The notes under the pieces were generated by a model. That model did no database searches. It was not told the DNA's origin and was given only the letters and a program-made list of their open reading frames with translations. The translations under genes were made by a program, and so were the position numbers. DNA of 32,000 bases from Allobaculum fili (GTDB lineage: Bacteria > Bacillota_I > Bacilli_A > Erysipelotrichales > Erysipelotrichaceae). The DNA lies in assembly GCF_020969955.1 (NCBI RefSeq), contig NZ_JAHDSX010000001.1, positions 1 to 32,000 on the forward strand, written 5' to 3'. The stretch's first letter is position 1; each line of letters starts with the position of its first letter. Positions 26,880-32,000 of this stretch are shown here, piece after piece.

Positions 26880-27095
26880 AAGAAAATAGGATGGGCCCCC
26901 CATTCGGATGTTTTTGCCAAAGGCCATGGAGGGAAGAAACAGCCCCAAACGCGGTCTGGGTTCTTTCCAAACCGCCGTCCTGGCCAGGAACCGGCGAAAC
27001 CGGAAGCGCTGCCCTGCCTCTTTCCTTTACGCCCTTTGCAGCAGAGAACACTCTGCTTGAGGGCAAAGTTCATACAGACAAAAAGAGGATTTGAT

Positions 27096-27668
27096 ATGGC
27101 AAAAAGCTTTAATGTAAACCCCTGGCTGTTTCCGATGCCTGCCTATATGATCGGCACTTATAACGAGGACAGAACTACCGACATCATGATGATGGCCTGG
27201 GGCGGCATCTGCGCCGAAGACATGGTGGCGCTGAATCTGGCTGAAGAGCACAAAACGGTCGCCAATCTTAAGGCGAAAGGCGCCTTTACCCTGGCTGTAC
27301 CGTCAGTAAAGACGCTTCGCGAATCCGATTATCTGGGCACGGTGTCCGGGAATCGCGTTCCGGATAAGTTCGAGCGTACGGGCCTGCATTCTGTGAAGAG
27401 CGAACATGTCGACGCACCGGTTATCACGGAGTATCCCATGACGCTCGAATGTGAAGCTGTGGAAATGCAGGAACAGCCGTACGGTCTGCGCATTCTTGGA
27501 CGAATCGTCAACATCCTCGCCAGTGAGGACGTTCTCGATGAGCAGGGACGCATCGATGCAGGCAAGCTGAACAGCTTTGTCTTCGATTCGATGCGAAACG
27601 GTTATTACGCCAGCGGCGAACCAGTCGGTCAGGCCTGGCATTCCGGAGCCGGCCTGCTGAAGAAATAG
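27096..27668 (+). CDS. Flavin reductase-like (FMN-binding split-barrel) protein
   Basis: 190 aa from ATG 27096, with SD aagagga (27083-27089). The overall sequence (PMPAYMIGTYNEDRTTDIMMMAWGGI...VDAPVITEYPMTLECE) resembles the flavin reductase-like domain family. Confidence 0.7.
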   Translation: MAKSFNVNPWLFPMPAYMIGTYNEDRTTDIMMMAWGGICAEDMVALNLAEEHKTVANLKAKGAFTLAVPSVKTLRESDYLGTVSGNRVPDKFERTGLHSVKSEHVDAPVITEYPMTLECEAVEMQEQPYGLRILGRIVNILASEDVLDEQGRIDAGKLNSFVFDSMRNGYYASGEPVGQAWHSGAGLLKK

Positions 27669-27679
27669 AAGGTCTTGCC

Positions 27680-28240
27680 ATGGCAAAACGCATTGTGATT
27701 CTCAATGGAAGTCCGCAAAGAAAAGGAAATACCGCGGCGCTGACGAAAGCCTTCAGCGAAGGGGCAAAAGCGCGGCCCATACGGTCACGGAGTTTTTCCC
27801 GGACGATCCCGGACGATATGAACATCCACGGCTGGCGCGGCTGCTTCTGCGCAAACAGCGCGCTGGAAATGCCGTGCGTACAGCACGACGATATGGCTAA
27901 AATTTATCCGGCCATTAAGGAAAGCAATGTCGTCGTCCTCGCTTCGCCGCTCTATTACTGGACGCTCAGCGGTTAGCTTCGTGCGGCGTTTGACCGGCTG
28001 GTCGCGCTCGAAGAAGGCAGGGAAAATCTTCTGCGCGGTCATGGTCGGGCCTGCGCGCTGCTGATGTCTGCCGCCGGCGATGAGTTTGAAGATGTCCTGG
28101 ACTATTACAATCATCTGGCCGAACATCTCCGCTGGAAAAATATCGGCCATGTTCTGGCTGGAGGAAACGACAGAGATGGCGATGCTGCCGGCTAGCCGGA
28201 ACTGGAAGAAGTCCGCAGACTGGTCGCATCGATTCAGTAA
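27680..28240 (+). pseudogene. Flavodoxin-like / NAD(P)H-dependent FMN reductase family gene with compensated frameshifts and two in-frame TAG codons
   Basis: MAKRIVILNGSPQRKGNTAALTKAFSEGAKA, then a 13-codon out-of-frame stretch, then DDMNIHG..PCVQHDDMAKIYPAIKESNVVVLASPLYYWTLSG-TAG-LRAAFDRL...AGGNDRDGDAAG-TAG-PELEEVRRLVASIQ-TAA. Family-like sequence continues in frame across both TAGs (27974-27976 and 28193-28195). Confidence 0.75.
27798..27817 (+). repeat. 10-bp perfect tandem duplication (cccggacgat x2) inside the flavodoxin-like pseudogene
   Basis: Read directly: 27798-27807 and 27808-27817 are identical. Removing one copy joins ..AHTVTEFFPDD to MNIHG in a single frame. Confidence 0.9.
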
Positions 28241-28291
28241 CTTTTACAAATTCTATTATCCGCAGGCAAAGTGAATCGAAAGAACGGCAAA

Positions 28292-28330
28292 AAGCAGGAG
28301 GCGTTTCATCGGGGCAGCCTCCTGCTTTTC
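28292..28330. terminator. Strong intrinsic terminator after the flavodoxin-like pseudogene
   Basis: Perfect 11-bp stem aagcaggaggc (28292-28302) / gcctcctgctt (28317-28327), 14-nt loop, T-run downstream and A-run upstream. Confidence 0.85.
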
Positions 28331-28526
28331 TGTCCGAATCTGGCCCTCCAGAGCGAAAAGAATCCCCATCGAGAGAATCTGAAAAAGAACGGGAAAAGAA
28401 CGCGTAAGAGAACGTGTAAAAAGCGCAGAGAATCCGACGGAATCCGCCTGAGTTCTCCCGCGTACCATGCCGGAAAAGGAAAACAATCGAATCGCCAGAA
28501 GACGCGATGATAGAATAGGCACGGTG

Positions 28527-29621
28527 ATGTCTATGAATTCGCTTGAAAAAGCAAGAAACACAATTGATAAGATTGACGAGCAGCTGGCTTCGCTTTTTGA
28601 AGCGCGTATGAAACTCACGGAAATCGTTGCTGCCTATAAAAAAAAGCACGACATGGCGGTCTTTGATGAAAGCCGTGAAGCGCAGGTTCTCGAAAAAGCA
28701 AAACAGAGAATCAGCAAGCCGGATCTGAAGGGCGATTTTGCCCAATGGATGCAGACGCTGATGGATCTATCCAAAAAACAGCAGCGGCAGATGCTCAACG
28801 CCAACAAAGTGGCTTACTGCGGCGTGGAAGGCGCGTTTGCCTGCTCGGCCACCCGTACGCTGTTTCCGCAGGCGGAAGCCGTATCCTGCGCGAGCTTTGC
28901 GGACGTGTTTAAGAAAGTGCAGGAAAACGAAGTCCGCTATGGCGTTGTGCCTCTGGAAAATTCGAATTCCGGTCTGGTCGGCGAAGTGCTCGATCTGCTT
29001 TTCGAATCCGGCCTGTACATTGTTGAGGCCGCGGACATCCGCATACGCCAGTGCCTGCTTGGCGTAAAAGGGGCGCAGCTCAAGGAGGTGCGCTGGGTGT
29101 ATTCGAAAGATCAGGCGCTCTGGCAGTCCAAGACGTTCCTGGACGCGCTGGGCGTGGAGACGATCTGTTATCCGAATACCGCCATGGCTGCCCAGTATAT
29201 CGCGCAGCAGGCCGATCCGGCAAAAGCCGCGATTGGAGCCAGAGACAACGCGAGCCTCTACGATCTGGACATTCTTGCCGAAAACATCGAAGGCAGCGCC
29301 TCGAATACCACCCGCTTTCTGGTCATTTCAGCCGTTCCGAATGCGCAGGAAAATGAGGTTTCCTCTTTGCTTCTGACGGTACCGGACAGCGCGGGCGCTC
29401 TGGCGAAAGCCATTAACGTCATTGCCGCTTTTGATCTCAACATGGACAATCTGCAGTCGCGCCCGGTCAAGAGCCGGCCGTTTGAATATTATTTCTTCGT
29501 ACAGCTGGCCGGTCATACGTCCAGACAGAATGTGGAAGCCTGTCTGCAGGCGTTAAGTGCCGTCTGTACGTCTGTCCGTTCACTGGGCAGCTATTCCATC
29601 AGAAAGGACGATCAGTTATGA
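28527..29621 (+). CDS. pheA: Bifunctional chorismate mutase / prephenate dehydratase (P-protein)
   Basis: N-terminal CM helix bundle (IDKIDEQLASLFEARMKLTEIVAAYKKKH), a PDT domain (VAYCGVEGAFACSA..VVPLENSNSG) and a C-terminal ACT-like region. The start may be ATG 28527 or ATG 28533 (SD-like ggtga); the track start at 28467 is less likely. Confidence 0.9.
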   Translation: MSMNSLEKARNTIDKIDEQLASLFEARMKLTEIVAAYKKKHDMAVFDESREAQVLEKAKQRISKPDLKGDFAQWMQTLMDLSKKQQRQMLNANKVAYCGVEGAFACSATRTLFPQAEAVSCASFADVFKKVQENEVRYGVVPLENSNSGLVGEVLDLLFESGLYIVEAADIRIRQCLLGVKGAQLKEVRWVYSKDQALWQSKTFLDALGVETICYPNTAMAAQYIAQQADPAKAAIGARDNASLYDLDILAENIEGSASNTTRFLVISAVPNAQENEVSSLLLTVPDSAGALAKAINVIAAFDLNMDNLQSRPVKSRPFEYYFFVQLAGHTSRQNVEACLQALSAVCTSVRSLGSYSIRKDDQL

Positions 29622-30847
29622 GTTTTGTAAAAGACAGCGTAAACCGCAAACCGATTGTGGACACAGTATTTGCGATCGTGGATCAGGCCAAAAAGGCCAA
29701 GGAAGAACTGGGCGCGGAAAACGTAACCGACGCGGTTATCGGTTCGCTATATACCGAAGACGGCGTTCTGTGCGCGTTTGATACTGTGTTTTCGACGCTG
29801 AAGTCGCTCGACAATAAGAAACTGGCCAAATATGCGGTCAGCTTTACCGGAAACCCGGATTTCCAGGAAGATGTTCTGGACTGGGTGCTCGACGGCAATT
29901 CCGATTTGTATAAGGAAGTCATCGCCACGCCAGGCGGAACCGGTGCGGTCGGCATGTCGATTGAAAACTGCCTCGAAGCCGGTCAGACGCTGATCATTCC
30001 GGAAATCGCCTGGGGCTCTTACTCCCTCATGGCGCAGATGCACAATCTGAAAACGAAATCGTATTCGCTCTTTGAAGGCGATCATTTCAATCTCGACTCC
30101 CTGAAGGCGACATGCAAAGCCGTCATGGAAGAGCAGGACCGTCTGGTTCTGATCATCAATGACCCGTGCCAGAATCCGACCGGCTATTCGATGACCAGAA
30201 AAGAATGGGAAGACGTGATCGAATTCCTGAACGAATGCTCCAAAACCCATTCGGTCGTTCTGATCAATGATATTGCCTACATCGACTTTGCCTATGAAGG
30301 TGCGAAAGCCAAGGAATATTTCCGCTGCTTCGACAAGATTTCGGACGACGTTGCTGTAATCGTTGCCTTCTCCATTTCCAAATCGCTGACCTCTTACGGT
30401 CTGCGCTGCGGTGCAGCCATTCTGATGGCGAAAACGCAGGAAGGCGTGGACGAACTGAAAGTCGTCTTCGAAAAGACCGCCCGCGCGACCTGGTCGAACG
30501 TCAACAATGGCGCCATGGAAACGTTCTCGACGATCATGCGTACGAAAAAGGATGAATACCTGGCAGAAAAACAGAAGTATGTGGATCTGCTTAAAGCCCG
30601 TTCGGATCTGTTTGTAAAACAGGCCGAAGAAGCCGGTCTGGTTCACTACCCGTACAAGGAAGGCTTCTTCGTCACGCTCGCAATGGACAATGACAAGTGC
30701 GACCGCCTGCATGCGGCCCTGATGGAAAACCAGATTTACACCGTCAAGGTCAACAAGGGCATTCGCATCGCCGTCTGCTCCATGCCGCTTCACGTCATCG
30801 ACGGTCTGGCCGCCCGCATTAAAGCGGTCGAAGACCAGCTCGACTAG
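29618..30847 (+). CDS. Class I (aspartate/aromatic) PLP-dependent aminotransferase
   Basis: 409 aa with an ATGA overlap with pheA. 'FSISKSLTSYGLRCGA' PLP-lysine context. The genomic context fits phenylalanine/tyrosine biosynthesis. Confidence 0.85.
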   Translation: MSFVKDSVNRKPIVDTVFAIVDQAKKAKEELGAENVTDAVIGSLYTEDGVLCAFDTVFSTLKSLDNKKLAKYAVSFTGNPDFQEDVLDWVLDGNSDLYKEVIATPGGTGAVGMSIENCLEAGQTLIIPEIAWGSYSLMAQMHNLKTKSYSLFEGDHFNLDSLKATCKAVMEEQDRLVLIINDPCQNPTGYSMTRKEWEDVIEFLNECSKTHSVVLINDIAYIDFAYEGAKAKEYFRCFDKISDDVAVIVAFSISKSLTSYGLRCGAAILMAKTQEGVDELKVVFEKTARATWSNVNNGAMETFSTIMRTKKDEYLAEKQKYVDLLKARSDLFVKQAEEAGLVHYPYKEGFFVTLAMDNDKCDRLHAALMENQIYTVKVNKGIRIAVCSMPLHVIDGLAARIKAVEDQLD

Positions 30848-30940
30848 ATCGTTCCAAACAGAAAAAAACGGCGGAAAACCGTTTTCGATTTTCCAGCCGC
30901 ATCAGTATTTCCCTTTTCCTGTTTTTTCTTCAAGTCCGCA

Positions 30941-30966
30941 AAGCCGCAAGGCCTGCGGGCTTTTTT
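30941..30966 (+). terminator. Intrinsic terminator after the aminotransferase gene
   Basis: Stem aagccgca / tgcgggctt (one bulge), loop aggcc, then a T-run. Confidence 0.55.
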
Positions 30967-31366
30967 ACTGCCGAAAGCCGCGCATTTCTGTCCGGCTGAA
31001 GGCGCGGCCGAATCCCTTCAGAATCCGCTCCGGGACAAAATGTGAGAAATTAACAGGTTTTGAGAGATTTAACATCATATAAAGACAATTTTTATGCACA
31101 ATAAAAGCAAGCAGATAAAAGTGAGAAAAAATCCTCACTCTGCGCGAAGACAAAATGAGCTGAAAATTACGAGAGGTATCGCGAATTTTAATGGATGGTA
31201 AACAAAATCGAATTCGAAATAATTATCAATTCATTGTCAATTATTATGCCGGACAGAACAGAAAAACTAAAATAAATGCGTTAAAAAAATACGCTTTATG
31301 ATAAAATATCCGTGATTATACAGAAAAGAAATAATGAAAACGAAATAGATTTGGCAGGTGAAACTA

Positions 31367-32000
31367 ATGGAAAGACAAGCTGGAGTCCTTCTTCCTCTTT
31401 TTTCAGTTCCTGGAAACCAGGGAATAGGAGACCTCGGACAGAAAACTCAGATGATGATCGATGAACTGACAGATGCCGGATTCAAGATCTGGTCTATGCT
31501 TCCCATCAATCCTGTACACGAACACAATTCGCCGTACAGTGCTGTAACTGCCTATGCCGGGGATCCGATTTACATCAATATTGATCGCCTGGCGGAGATG
31601 GGACTTCTGACCCAGAGCAGCGTCATCAACTGCAACAAGTTTAAAAACGCTGTGGACTACGATACAGTCCGTCAGTTTAAAGAACCCTTTTTTCAGAGAG
31701 CCTTTAAGGCTTTCCGCAAAAACTATAAAAAATGGAAAGAAGAATTCGAACAGTTCAAGCGTGAAGCGTTCTGGCTGAACAACTGGACCGTTTATGAACT
31801 GTTCCGCAATCTGAACGACGGCAAAGGCTGGACCGAGTGGGAACTCGATTACCAGGTATGGCCGGAAAAGCAGGGCATCAACCTTCGTCCTTACGTCGAA
31901 GAAGTGTTCTATATTCAGTTTTTGCAGTTTATTTTTTATAAGCAGCTTGACGAAATTACCGCGTACGCGCGCAAGAAAGGCCTCCGGCTCATGCAGGATG
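31367..32000 (+). CDS. malQ: 4-alpha-glucanotransferase (amylomaltase, GH77), N-terminal part; continues past the right edge
   Basis: Absent from the ORF track because there is no stop in the window. Hand translation from ATG 31367 gives MERQAGVLLPLFSVPGNQGIGDLG...PINPVHEHNSPYSAVTAYAGDPIYINIDRL...YIQFLQFIFYKQLDEITAYARKKGLRLMQD, which matches typical GH77 N-terminal motifs. Confidence 0.85.
   Translation, partial: MERQAGVLLPLFSVPGNQGIGDLGQKTQMMIDELTDAGFKIWSMLPINPVHEHNSPYSAVTAYAGDPIYINIDRLAEMGLLTQSSVINCNKFKNAVDYDTVRQFKEPFFQRAFKAFRKNYKKWKEEFEQFKREAFWLNNWTVYELFRNLNDGKGWTEWELDYQVWPEKQGINLRPYVEEVFYIQFLQFIFYKQLDEITAYARKKGLRLMQD

Noticed and set aside
26880-27010. FMN (RFN) riboswitch on the minus strand ('ggcaggg', 'acggcggt' and 'catccgaatgggg' strings)
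   Set aside because: These are only scattered short matches. The characteristic hairpins cannot be formed, and the regulated gene would be a glycosyltransferase, which does not fit.
26825-27073. 83-codon N-terminal extension of the GT2 ORF
   Set aside because: GT2 enzymes of this type start right at the MKK..ILIPCYNE motif, and the extension is junk-like and crosses the intergenic repeat region.
25739-27094. 451-aa plus-strand ORF antisense to the GT2 gene
   Set aside because: A shadow ORF. The minus strand has a clear GT2 signature starting at MKKTAILIPCYNE.
27974-28195. Idea that the two in-frame TAGs mean TAG is reassigned (Gln or Pyl) in this genome
   Set aside because: TAG cleanly terminates well-delimited genes in the same window (recombinase 4316-4318, cassette gene A 7013-7015, comEC 13881-13883). 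The same gene also carries frameshift lesions, so a pseudogene is the simpler reading.
28330-28526. T-box or attenuator leader upstream of pheA (and upstream of aroB, 25431-25697)
   Set aside because: No T-box consensus (GGTGGTACCGCG-like) occurs on the sense strand. Only generic hairpins are present.
29747-30793. 348-aa minus-strand ORF antisense to the aminotransferase gene (similarly 23408-24271 antisense to aroC, 27966-28745 antisense to the pseudogene/pheA, and 21106-22020 plus-strand ORFs antisense to tyrA)
   Set aside because: All overlap strongly supported genes on the other strand and have junk-like composition.

Overview
The window looks like a Bacillota (Gram-positive) chromosome segment. 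The housekeeping genes are fairly G+C-rich: comEA-comEC, a C39-like peptidase, ftsH, a 1064-aa modular surface protein, aroB-aroC-aroA-tyrA, a GT2 glycosyltransferase, a flavin reductase-like gene, pheA plus an aminotransferase, and the 5' end of malQ. The left third is accessory. It holds a partial IS1182-family transposase at the window edge, an extra intact comEA paralog, a secreted repeat protein and a small serine recombinase. The main item is a ~6.3-kb, visibly AT-richer insert (4894-11187). It sits between two 268-bp direct repeats that are ~83% identical and consist of the comEA upstream region and 5' end. The left copy is truncated and has in-frame stops. The right copy heads the intact comEA-comEC. 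The insert carries six same-strand genes (5270-11030) followed by one strong terminator: a 581-aa coiled-coil protein with a C-proximal TM hairpin, a zinc-ribbon protein with an acidic disordered linker, a 149-aa helical protein, a Ycf46-like classic AAA+ ATPase with intact catalytic motifs, a 159-aa soluble protein and a 255-aa ~7-TM protein. I can assign only the ATPase to a family, and I cannot match the set to any named defence, secretion or stress system, so this is the candidate novel system. Its function cannot be decided from sequence. Other notable items are a flavodoxin-like pseudogene (a 1-nt deletion compensated by a 10-bp tandem duplication, plus two in-frame TAGs), a surface protein built from alternating repeat modules, and a structured-looking divergent intergenic region upstream of the GT2 and flavin reductase genes. 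I found no rRNA, tRNA or CRISPR array. Start codons and all functional calls rest on reading the translations by eye, with no database search.
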